A stretch of 18,407 nt of DNA from an uncultured bacterium (GTDB taxonomy: Bacteria > CSSED10-310 > CAZUFC01): positions 22,290 to 40,696 of the forward strand of contig CAZUFC010000076.1 of NCBI GenBank assembly GCA_964619725.1, in the 5' to 3' direction. The notes under the pieces were generated by a model that saw only the letters and a list, made by a program, of their open reading frames with translations, searched no databases and was not told the origin of the DNA. Shown piece after piece: positions 8,432 to 17,385 of this stretch. A program made the position numbers and the translations under genes. Each line of letters starts with the position of its first letter. The first letter of the stretch is position 1.

Positions 8432-9367
8432 ATGAATCGGAACAATCGAACAGCAAAGGTTATTTTAGTATTGAGTTTAGTAATTTTGACGAATGCCGTC
8501 GGCTACGGCGGCGACAGAGAGCTGATGAACGTCTGGCACATACCGACCAATGAGGAACCGCCTACGGTAAACATGCGCAATCCCGTTCATCCGACCGCTT
8601 CTGATGATGCCGTTTATTTCTACGTCGGCGGATGGCCTTCAGGAACCATTTCGACTGCGACGCTCCATTACAGATTCGACGAAGAGGAATGGTCGACAGC
8701 AGATTTCGCTTATGATTCGACTCAGGAAAACGACAACGAATATTTCATCGTTAATATTGAAGGTCCTTTTTCCGACGGTTCTGTTTGCGAATATTACATT
8801 CAAACGGACAATCCCGAATACGATACGACCTACGTCTACGGAACAGACGACACGACGAATACCACAGCGGATCAGAATACGGCCATGGAATCTCCCTTTT
8901 CCTTCACCATCGGCTCCGACGTCTCCCCTACTCCCACTCGAACGCCTACCCAGAACCGTACCGCCACTCCCACCCGAACGCCTACTCAAGCTCCTACATA
9001 TACGCCAACGGCTGAAGCCGGAGATACAGAAGTAGAAATATTCACCAATCAATCCGTGTATCGCGGAGGCGACCTTTTCCGGTTATTGATAAGAATCCAC
9101 CATCCCGGAAACACAATAGAGGTAGATCAGTATGCCGCATTGAATTTCGGCTCTGAATTCTGGTACTGGCCCAATTGGGAATACGGAGTTCCAAGCTCAG
9201 TCGCCAGAACGCTGGAACCGCGCCATGATTACGAAGATATTTTGCTTATGTTCGGATGGCCTTACGGCGCCGGAAGAATCGAAGGTATCCGCTTTTACGG
9301 AGCGCTTACGCAACACGATTCGTACGAGTTGATAGACTGGGACGTCTGCGAATGCTCGGCTGAATAA
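8432..9367 (+). CDS. Secreted protein: Ig-like/possible carbohydrate-binding N-terminal domain, Pro/Thr linker, and a C-terminal domain homologous to that of the upstream amylase
   Basis: Starts 4 bp after the amylase stop. Signal peptide, acidic aromatic-rich beta-type domain (WHIP...MRNP...EYYI), TPT linker at about 8924-9010, C-terminal domain 9023-9364. Confidence 0.8.
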   Translation: MNRNNRTAKVILVLSLVILTNAVGYGGDRELMNVWHIPTNEEPPTVNMRNPVHPTASDDAVYFYVGGWPSGTISTATLHYRFDEEEWSTADFAYDSTQENDNEYFIVNIEGPFSDGSVCEYYIQTDNPEYDTTYVYGTDDTTNTTADQNTAMESPFSFTIGSDVSPTPTRTPTQNRTATPTRTPTQAPTYTPTAEAGDTEVEIFTNQSVYRGGDLFRLLIRIHHPGNTIEVDQYAALNFGSEFWYWPNWEYGVPSSVARTLEPRHDYEDILLMFGWPYGAGRIEGIRFYGALTQHDSYELIDWDVCECSAE

Positions 9368-9377
9368 TGCCGCAGGA

Positions 9378-9433
9378 TTGGGGACTGATTAAATTGTTTT
9401 TCTGATGAAGTATGGTCCATCATCAGTCCCCAA
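9378..9433. repeat. 12-bp perfect inverted repeat between convergent genes (REP-like element or terminator)
   Basis: TTGGGGACTGAT (9378-9389) and ATCAGTCCCCAA (9422-9433) with a 32-bp spacer. Confidence 0.6.
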
Positions 9434-9527
9434 ATATTCAATACAAATGGCTGGATATTCTGCAGAATTGTAATTTTGAAAGAGGCAATTTTTGATCAAT
9501 GCCCAACTTACATTGCTGCTGTTTACC

Positions 9528-10916
9528 TTATGTCATTCTTTCAATATCGAAGAATTCATCCAGCTTGTCGTTCGGCAGAATCCCCTTCTCTTTAACGAGG
9601 TCGCGAACGTTTCTGTTTGAGAAGTAAGCTTCTTTGACTATTTCGGCGGCTTTATCGTAGCCGATATGGGGAGCCAGGGCGGCGCCCAGCGCTAAACTTT
9701 TTTCGACCATTTCCCGGCAGCGTTCTTCATCCGCCTCCAGTCCGGCAAGGCATTTTTCAGCGAATATATTCATGCCGTTGGTCAATAATTTAATTGACTG
9801 GAGGATATTATGAGCCATCACAGGCATCATGACGTTCAACTCAAGGTTACCCGATAATCCCGCAACGGAGACCGCTGCATCCGCTCCTATGACCTGAGCG
9901 CACACCTGACAGAGGGCTTCGGCTATCACGGGATTCACTTTACCGGGCATAATAGAGGACCCCGGCTGCACGGCAGGAAGCGACAATTCGCCCAACCCGC
10001 ATCGGGGCCCTGAACCCAGCCAGCGAATATCATTGGCGATCTTCATTAACCCGACCGAAAGAGTTTTCAATGCCGAAGCCGTCATAACCAAGGCGCCCCT
10101 GGAACCCTGTGCCTCGAAATGGTTGTCGGTTTCACGAAATCGACAACCCGTCTCACTGTTCAAATCCTTAATAACCATTTCCGCAAAACGGGAATGCGCA
10201 TTAAGCCCGGTTCCCACTGCCGTACCTCCTATCGCCAGCTCCTCAAGCTCCGGCAACACACGATTAATCCTTTCGTAGGCCTTGTTCACCATACTCGCAT
10301 ATCCGCCGAATTCCTGTCCTAATCTCATAGGAACAGCATCCTGAAGATGCGTCCTTCCGATCTTGACTATGTGATTAAATTGCCCCGATTTCTTTTCCAA
10401 AATGGTTGCCAGATTCCTGACGGCCGGCAGTAATTTCTTCTTCAACTCAATGAGGGCGGTTATGTGTATGCAAGTCGGAATAACATCATTCGACGACTGT
10501 CCCATATTAACGTGATCGTTCGGATGAACAGGCCGTCTGTCGCCGCGTGCACCTCCTAAAATCTCATTCGCCCTGCCGGCAATCACTTCGTTTGCATTCA
10601 TGTTGACTGAAGTTCCCGAACCTGTCTGAAAAATATCCGTCACGAAATGGCCGTTCAATTTGCCGCTCATGACCTCCGATGCTGCTTTTTCTATAGCCTT
10701 CCCCGGCGGTTCGTCCAGTAATTTCAGTCGCATATTGACCCTGGCCGCAGCCATTTTGACCATTCCTAAAACGCTTATAAAATTTTCCGGAAACATTATC
10801 CCGCTTACAGGAAAATTCCGGATGGCTCTTTGAGTCTGTGCCCCCCAGTAAGCATGTTCAGGAACTTTGATTTCGCCGAGCGAATCTTTTTCGATTCTGT
10901 ATGCTTTATTTTTCAT
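9528..10916 (-). CDS. fumC: Fumarate hydratase class II
   Basis: QTGSGTSVNMNANEV, HPNDHVNMGQSSND, KIGRTHLQDA and signature GSSIMPGKVNP. The ATG at 10916 with AAGGA upstream is preferred to the GTG at 10931. Confidence 0.9.
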   Translation of the reverse strand: MKNKAYRIEKDSLGEIKVPEHAYWGAQTQRAIRNFPVSGIMFPENFISVLGMVKMAAARVNMRLKLLDEPPGKAIEKAASEVMSGKLNGHFVTDIFQTGSGTSVNMNANEVIAGRANEILGGARGDRRPVHPNDHVNMGQSSNDVIPTCIHITALIELKKKLLPAVRNLATILEKKSGQFNHIVKIGRTHLQDAVPMRLGQEFGGYASMVNKAYERINRVLPELEELAIGGTAVGTGLNAHSRFAEMVIKDLNSETGCRFRETDNHFEAQGSRGALVMTASALKTLSVGLMKIANDIRWLGSGPRCGLGELSLPAVQPGSSIMPGKVNPVIAEALCQVCAQVIGADAAVSVAGLSGNLELNVMMPVMAHNILQSIKLLTNGMNIFAEKCLAGLEADEERCREMVEKSLALGAALAPHIGYDKAAEIVKEAYFSNRNVRDLVKEKGILPNDKLDEFFDIERMT

Positions 10917-11313
10917 TCTATTTTCCTTCACTGGTAATAGTTCTTTGATCGTTCAGAAGCCATACCTTCATTAATGAATTATATATACAATTATGCAATC
11001 TTCAACCTTCCGCATTCATCCGGCCAAGCCACGGCCAGGCAGTCTGCCCTACAGAGCTGCTGCCGTCCGGCAAACTTCGGTTTATGAGGGGCATGCATGC
11101 ATAGCCCGCATTTCTCATACAAAACCTGTTACGAAGGTCCATATCCCCGCGGATTCAAGCGATGAAAGAGGCCGGGCGACAGGATCAATTGACACAGGCT
11201 TTTTATTTTGTTTTTATTCAGGATTGTGTTATGGCGTTCAGCGACTTACGCTGTTTTCAGGATTAGTTTTTGTATTTTCGTGACATTTCATGTGCAATTA
11301 TCGGAGGATCAGT

Positions 11314-13293
11314 ATGAATCGAATTAAGTTTTCAACTGTTTTGGCGGCGCTGAGCTTGTTATTCGCATTGCCGGCCGGCGCGTTGGATGATGAAGAGATA
11401 TGGGATATGGTGAAGCAGGCAAAGGAAGAGGAGAAATATCCTGATGCCGGAGCGGTGATTATTTTCGACCGGTATGAATCTTATTATAAGGAGACGGGAT
11501 CGGGAACGACTTATAATGAGATGATAATATTGATAAGAAAAGACGAAGCGGCGGTCCGATATCCTTCGATTCATTATGATTTTAATCCTCGCACTTCCGA
11601 CACGACCATTATGGAGGTAAAGGCATACCGTAGTGACGGCGAGACGGTCGATGAGTCGCCGCCTGATCGATTCAGAACCCTTCCGGCTCCGACTCATTCC
11701 ATGTTCTGGAACTTCATCCGCCGCATAGCGGCCGTTCCCCGGCTGCATGAAGGGGATGCGCTGTATTATAAAGTCCGGCGCAAGGGATTGAATTTAACTT
11801 ATCTGGATGAGCCGGAAGAGCAAAATGAGTATATTCCGCCGCAGGAAGGTCATTTTTTCGATACGGTTTACTTTGAAGACCGACTCCCGATAGTCAGGAA
11901 ACTGTATATTCTGCATTGTCCCCGCAGCCGGCCTGTACAGTATAAAGTGCTGAACGGAACGGTGCGGCCCAGCGTCGAATTCGAACCGGAAGGATTTTTA
12001 TACAAATGGGAACGGGAAGATGTTCCTGCTTTTGAAGGGGAACCGCGCGGCGCATCCTTCAGCGAATCGGCCTGCAAACTGGTTATGGCCTCTCTGGAAA
12101 ACTGGGAAGCCAAATCCCGCTGGGCTTATGAAGTCAATGAGCCGCAATTCGTCATAAGCGATGAGATGCAGAAAAAGGTAGATGAACTGATTCAAGATGC
12201 TGAGACGGACTATGAAAAAATGTTTAATTTGCTGCACTGGGTAGCCGAAGAAGTTCGTTATCTGGGAACGGACATGGGCGAAGGCGAAGGATACACGGTG
12301 CATCGAACGGATGAAATATTTTACGAACGCGCCGGGGTTTGCAAAGACAAGGCCGCTGTTCTGGTTTCGATGCTGAGAGCGGCGGGTTTCGATGCTTTTT
12401 TTATTTTGACGCTCGCCATGGAAAAGGCTGCAGATGTTCCTGCAGACCAGTTTAACCACGGCGTCGTGGGCGTCAGACATAAAGACGGTTCCTGGACATA
12501 TCTGGACCCGACCTGGGCGCCCAAAAACAGACCGCTCTTCAATCCCCTCGAACAGGAACAACCCATTCTTACAGCAACGCCGGAAGGAGAAGACCTGACT
12601 CATATACCCTACAGTCCGCCGGAAGATAATCCCTGGAATATTTCAGCTCAAACCGTAATTTCTCTCCACCAACCCATGCACGCTTCCCTGCACTTCAGCG
12701 GCGACGGTTTCCCAGACGGAAGAATGAGGTCCAATATTGCCTACAGGCTTAAAGAAGAACGCCCCCAATACTTCGGCATGCTGGCGCAGAATATCTCTCC
12801 CTTCGCACGTGTTATTGATTTCGATCACGGAGACTTCCTGGATTTCAATACCATGATGACGCTTGAACTGGAAATCGAAGCCGATAATTACGCCATACAT
12901 CTCGATGACCGCATCTTCTTCATTCCTCTCCTCTCCAAACCCATCTTCAATCGCGCCTATGAATCGGATTACCTCTTCGCCGCAGACCCAGAAAAACGTA
13001 AATATGATCTCACCGTTTCCTGCACCAGAGCGCTTCACTTTCAGGAGAAAATTAAATTGCCCAGGGGATTCGAAGTGGAAGAGGTCCCGGAAAAAATTGA
13101 AATGGACGGTCCCGCAGCTTCGTTACATTACGAAGTCACTCAGAAAGGTCGAAACGTCTCGATAGACAGAAAAGTAACCATTAAAAAACGTTGGATACCG
13201 CCCGATGAATACGGACAATTCAAGGAAATTGTGGATAAAGTGAAAGAAATTTCGGAAACTTACCTGTCGGCAGTGAAAGGGGGATCAAAATGA
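11314..13293 (+). CDS. Exported DUF3857 + transglutaminase-like domain protein with intact Cys-His-Asp triad
   Basis: ATG at 11314 after GGAGG, followed by a signal peptide. Motifs WVAEEVRY, GVCKDKA (Cys), FNHG (His) and YLDPT (Asp). C-terminal IKLPRGFEV...IPPDEY region is typical of this architecture. Confidence 0.85.
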   Translation: MNRIKFSTVLAALSLLFALPAGALDDEEIWDMVKQAKEEEKYPDAGAVIIFDRYESYYKETGSGTTYNEMIILIRKDEAAVRYPSIHYDFNPRTSDTTIMEVKAYRSDGETVDESPPDRFRTLPAPTHSMFWNFIRRIAAVPRLHEGDALYYKVRRKGLNLTYLDEPEEQNEYIPPQEGHFFDTVYFEDRLPIVRKLYILHCPRSRPVQYKVLNGTVRPSVEFEPEGFLYKWEREDVPAFEGEPRGASFSESACKLVMASLENWEAKSRWAYEVNEPQFVISDEMQKKVDELIQDAETDYEKMFNLLHWVAEEVRYLGTDMGEGEGYTVHRTDEIFYERAGVCKDKAAVLVSMLRAAGFDAFFILTLAMEKAADVPADQFNHGVVGVRHKDGSWTYLDPTWAPKNRPLFNPLEQEQPILTATPEGEDLTHIPYSPPEDNPWNISAQTVISLHQPMHASLHFSGDGFPDGRMRSNIAYRLKEERPQYFGMLAQNISPFARVIDFDHGDFLDFNTMMTLELEIEADNYAIHLDDRIFFIPLLSKPIFNRAYESDYLFAADPEKRKYDLTVSCTRALHFQEKIKLPRGFEVEEVPEKIEMDGPAASLHYEVTQKGRNVSIDRKVTIKKRWIPPDEYGQFKEIVDKVKEISETYLSAVKGGSK

Positions 13294-15176
13294 AGTTCAA
13301 ACTTGTTCAGATTCCTGCGCTCAAGCATACGACCATCGTGCTCTTTTCGTTTTTTCTGGTTTGCTGTATTTTTTCGGGTTATTCCAGCGCTGAGAATACG
13401 CACGAAAAACATCCCCATGCAATAATTCTCACGGATAAACATGATTTCATCCTGGACGATCAGGGATTATTGACGGAAACCTGGCGCAGAAGAGTCCAGG
13501 TGTTCAGCGAAAATGGGATAGATATGTTTGCGGACGTCAGAGTATTCTATAATTCATTGGAGGAAAGCCTCGACGTCGTTGAAGCCTTTACTTTGAACAG
13601 CCGGGGCGAAAAAATACCCGTACCCGACACCGCGATAAACAGGACGCTTCCGTTCGATCTGGCGCCTTATCCCGCTTACGGAGATTTCCGGATACTGACC
13701 GTATCCTTTGTCGGCATCGACAAAGGGTCGATTCTTGAAATGAAATTGGAGCGCACCCGGTTGAAGGAACCGGATTACCCGTGGTGGGAAAAACAAATTC
13801 ACATCGGCGATGAGACTTTTATCGAATCCCTGGATATTTCCGTGGTCTGTCCTCCTGGTTCATTCCTCGCTTCTGAATTGATAGGCAAAAAACTTGACCC
13901 GGCAAAATCAGAAAGTGACGGTCTGGAAGTCCTGACCTGGCGGTTTGAAGATATCGAACCCATTCTCTACGAATCAAATACCGGCGGCTATTATGATCTT
14001 ATGCCCGTTCTCTGCCTTTCAACATGCCCATCATGGGAAAAGGCTGCGGCTGAACTGAAAAATCGTTTCTACGCGGGCATGTCTGAATCGACCGAGTTGA
14101 AGGAAAAAGCGATTGCTCTGACGGAAGAAGCTCTCGGTCCTGCCGCCGTCATCAATGCCCTTTATGATTATTGCCGGGATACTTTCAGAAGCATCGACAG
14201 GGCGCCGCACTGTTTCCATTACAAAACCGAATCACTGGAAAATATTCTCAACAGAAACTATGGACACAAGCTCGATCAGGCTCTCCTGTTCTCCGCTATG
14301 CTGAAAGAATGCGGGGGCGCGGTTTCACTAATTGCGTCATCAGGGGCAAAACATTTTCCAAACAATGTTGCCGGTCTATCCTTTTTCGATGACATTCTTA
14401 TACAGGTTCAACTGAAAGATGAGAAAACTTTGCTGGACTTTGAAAGCAGTCCCGGGTTCTGGAATCCTTTCAAACATCCGGATCGTAAATTCCTGGCCGT
14501 TCTCGACGACGGATTGCAGTGGAAAGAGACACCCGGATGCTCGCCCGAATCCAACCATGCAGAACTTGAACTGGATATCACTATCGACCGGGATAAAAAT
14601 GTTACAGGCTCTTTCTATATTGTCCTTCAGGGCTTCTTCTCCCCCTTCCGCCAAATCAGAAAAGACACTCAATCCTTTATCAAAGATGAACTTAATTCCC
14701 TGTTCGATGAAGCGGAAACGGAAGAATATCGCATACTCTGGAATAAAATTGAAAAATGCAGCATCGCCGGAAAGTTTAAGGCAAAAATGAAAACAGAATC
14801 CTTGAATGAAGACTATGAAATACAGCGCTTTCCCGTTTTACCTGTCGTGGCGGAATCCCTGCCGGAACCCCTGCCGGTCGAAAGAACCCACCCTTTCCAA
14901 TTGAATTGTTGCTTTACCGAAAAAACGCGCCTGGCGATAAAACTGCCCCAAAATTGGACAATAGCGAAACCGCCTAAAAATGTCTCATTTGAAAACGACT
15001 TCGTGAAAATCGAAACATCATTTGATCCCAATAGCGATAAAAAAATATGGGAACGAACCATGTCGATTCGTCAGGACGTTGTTCCATCTGAGGACTATAA
15101 TGAATATCTTGTCTTTAACGCCTTTTTCAGAAAACTCGATTATAACGGCTTAATCTATAAACTGGAGAATGATTGA
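13290..15176 (+). CDS. Exported DUF3857/transglutaminase-fold paralogue lacking the catalytic Cys and His
   Basis: ATGA overlap with the upstream gene, signal peptide and the same architecture (LSTCPSWE, IKLPQNW, VPSEDY). GHKLDQA replaces GVCKDKA and FDD replaces FNH. Confidence 0.78.
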   Translation: MKFKLVQIPALKHTTIVLFSFFLVCCIFSGYSSAENTHEKHPHAIILTDKHDFILDDQGLLTETWRRRVQVFSENGIDMFADVRVFYNSLEESLDVVEAFTLNSRGEKIPVPDTAINRTLPFDLAPYPAYGDFRILTVSFVGIDKGSILEMKLERTRLKEPDYPWWEKQIHIGDETFIESLDISVVCPPGSFLASELIGKKLDPAKSESDGLEVLTWRFEDIEPILYESNTGGYYDLMPVLCLSTCPSWEKAAAELKNRFYAGMSESTELKEKAIALTEEALGPAAVINALYDYCRDTFRSIDRAPHCFHYKTESLENILNRNYGHKLDQALLFSAMLKECGGAVSLIASSGAKHFPNNVAGLSFFDDILIQVQLKDEKTLLDFESSPGFWNPFKHPDRKFLAVLDDGLQWKETPGCSPESNHAELELDITIDRDKNVTGSFYIVLQGFFSPFRQIRKDTQSFIKDELNSLFDEAETEEYRILWNKIEKCSIAGKFKAKMKTESLNEDYEIQRFPVLPVVAESLPEPLPVERTHPFQLNCCFTEKTRLAIKLPQNWTIAKPPKNVSFENDFVKIETSFDPNSDKKIWERTMSIRQDVVPSEDYNEYLVFNAFFRKLDYNGLIYKLEND

Positions 15177-15254
15177 GTAAATCCGAAGCCTGAAAAGACA
15201 TTTGGGGGCTGATAAAATGGGGATTACAATTCTTCCGAATATCCCATCATTTTG

Positions 15255-15284
15255 TTTCGATTTCGATTACGATCCCGATACCGA
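15255..15284. repeat. Degenerate hexamer tandem repeat (TnnCGA x5)
   Basis: TTTCGA TTTCGA TTACGA TCCCGA TACCGA in the convergent intergenic region. Confidence 0.65.
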
Positions 15285-15383
15285 CCCTTATTACTGGAAC
15301 AAACTGTCAAACGTTTTGAAAAAAGTGTAACCCCGGTTTGATCTGCCCCGATTATAAATTCTGGAAATTATGGCTTATATAAT

Positions 15384-16349
15384 TCAGAAAAAATAATCCA
15401 GTAAATTGTAAAGCAGAAAAGAAAACACGGCTGCGCATGCAGGAGTCAGAACCCAACCTGCCAGTATCTGGCTTATCTGCTTAAAACTGATCGTCCGCAT
15501 GCCTCTGTATATTCCCACGCCGGCGACAGCGCCTACTACCGCCTGGCTGGTTGATACGGGGATACCCATCACCGAGAAAAAATGCACGCCGAAACCGGCG
15601 GCGAACTGGGCGGCAAAAGCCCCGGTCACGTCCAAAGGCGTTATGTTCTTCCCGACGGTATCGGTCACCCTCTTGCCGAAAGTGAAAGCTCCCACAGCCA
15701 GCGCTATGCCTCCGAAACCGGCCAGCCAAACTCCCTTATCCGGAAACTTGTTCAAAATGGGTCCGATCGAATTGCCTACATCATTGGCGCCCAATGAAAA
15801 CGCAACATAGCAACCCGACAATACGGCAGCCATGGAGATGATCCTTCGCCACAGAAGAATCCTCTTCACTTTCCTCAATAAAAAAGAAATTAATGCATAG
15901 AAAAAAAGAGAAACGATCAGGCTCAATATCGGACAAACGACCCAGCACGACAAAATTTTCTGCAAAACAGAATACTGGATCACTTCAGAACGGATACCAT
16001 ACGAACCGATCCCCACACCCATAACTCCACCGACTATAGACTGAGACGTCGATACCGGAATACGGAAAAAAGTCGCCATGGTCACAAAAAATCCTGAACA
16101 TAAAAGAGCCACCAGAATAGCCAGGTCGCTTAATTCCGCATCCACAATTCCCTTCCCGACCGTTTTCATTACATACTGTCCCTGCAGTACCGCTCCCAAT
16201 ACCACCGATATTACCAGCAATATGATCGCCCGCCTGTAAGTGATTATCCCTGATCCTACTGACGTTCCGATACAGTTGGCTGCATCATTGGCTCCTATGT
16301 TCCAGCCCACGTAAAAACCCGCTATTAACAATACGACGATAAAAATCAT
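15384..16349 (-). CDS. pit: PiT-family inorganic phosphate transporter
   Basis: Two PiT signature motifs (GANDAAN, GANDVGN), PVSTSQ twice, many hydrophobic helices. Confidence 0.92.
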   Translation of the reverse strand: MIFIVVLLIAGFYVGWNIGANDAANCIGTSVGSGIITYRRAIILLVISVVLGAVLQGQYVMKTVGKGIVDAELSDLAILVALLCSGFFVTMATFFRIPVSTSQSIVGGVMGVGIGSYGIRSEVIQYSVLQKILSCWVVCPILSLIVSLFFYALISFLLRKVKRILLWRRIISMAAVLSGCYVAFSLGANDVGNSIGPILNKFPDKGVWLAGFGGIALAVGAFTFGKRVTDTVGKNITPLDVTGAFAAQFAAGFGVHFFSVMGIPVSTSQAVVGAVAGVGIYRGMRTISFKQISQILAGWVLTPACAAVFSFLLYNLLDYFF

Positions 16350-16357
16350 TTACGATT

Positions 16358-17002
16358 CTAAAACTGAATGTTGACCATTAATGATTGCAATCTGTCAGCC
16401 GCATCCTGGCATATGTCCGATATCCCAGCCACGCGCCATAGAAAATGACTTATATGTATCTTCTGCGCCAGAGAAATATCGCTTTGAAATATCTTCTGAG
16501 TCATGTTCCACTCATCCTTGTCCACACTCGATTCCTGCTCGTTTATCTCCTCTATTCGCTTTTTGATGATAGAAGCATCCGTGAATAAATTCAGGATCGC
16601 CTCCTTTAAAGGAGGAAAACATGCCAGAGAATTTTCGGCTAATTTTAAAAAAGAAGACTTCAAATCTTCCGGTATCTCAGGCGTCTGACATATCATGAAA
16701 TCAGATATCGATTCCGCATGATCAGCCACCTTGTCCACTTTCGACGTCAATGCTATCAATCCTTCACGGTAAATCGGAAGAAAAGCTCCCTCATACAGAA
16801 CCTGGATGATCTCCCTTCGACGATCATCAGCCTTCGATTCCTTCACATGAATCTTATAAGCCAAATCGTCCGCTGTCTCAAAATTCCCCTCCAGATAATT
16901 CTTAAGCGATGTGTCCAATGATTCCAGACACTCCTCAACCTTGTTCAAATGCTCCCTGATAAGTTCCTTCGCTTTTGACTCTTTCTTTCCTCCACCAAAC
17001 AT
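16358..17002 (-). CDS. DUF47/TIGR00153 PhoU-like phosphate transport regulator
   Basis: ESKADDRRR..LY.GAFLPIYRE, DKVAD and DICQDAAD motifs; helical protein directly upstream of pit; GGAGG RBS. Confidence 0.88.
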   Translation of the reverse strand: MFGGGKKESKAKELIREHLNKVEECLESLDTSLKNYLEGNFETADDLAYKIHVKESKADDRRREIIQVLYEGAFLPIYREGLIALTSKVDKVADHAESISDFMICQTPEIPEDLKSSFLKLAENSLACFPPLKEAILNLFTDASIIKKRIEEINEQESSVDKDEWNMTQKIFQSDISLAQKIHISHFLWRVAGISDICQDAADRLQSLMVNIQF

Positions 17003-17385
17003 TTTTTCCTCCCGGATAATTTGGTATTAAAGGTGGAAAACATTAAACAAATATTGGATTCACTCAAGAAAGTCAAACGAAATCCAGGCTATGTGTCAAA
17101 ACATTAACGGACGGTAAGCCGGAGCATTTTCGTCCGTCGAACTTCTTAAAACGTCAATACCGGTATTAATTTGATTTATGGCAATTCTGGCAATATTTGA
17201 CTTGCGGGTTTTTATTCTTATAAAGGTTAATGACGTGGCCTTCTGTACGAAAGGGGCAAGCCGATTTTTGCGAGGCAGGAGGGATGTTTCGGCAGGCGTA
17301 ATCACAAATGTGCAAGGAATGCGTCAAGGAAGTATTGAGGAATTTAAGGGATAAAACGCGGCGAGATAGAAGGAAGGAGTCAAAC

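Noticed and set aside
9528-10916. Aspartate ammonia-lyase instead of fumarase
   Set aside because: QTGSGTS and GQSSND match class II fumarases better than the GGAGTS/QSTND pattern of AspA.
17240-17300. c-di-GMP-I riboswitch-like GGCAAGCC segment, or a further MITE fragment (TTTGCGAGGCAGG..GGGATGTT)
   Set aside because: There is no GNRA-capped P2 or GCAAAG element, and the match to the 2499-2641 element is too short to call.
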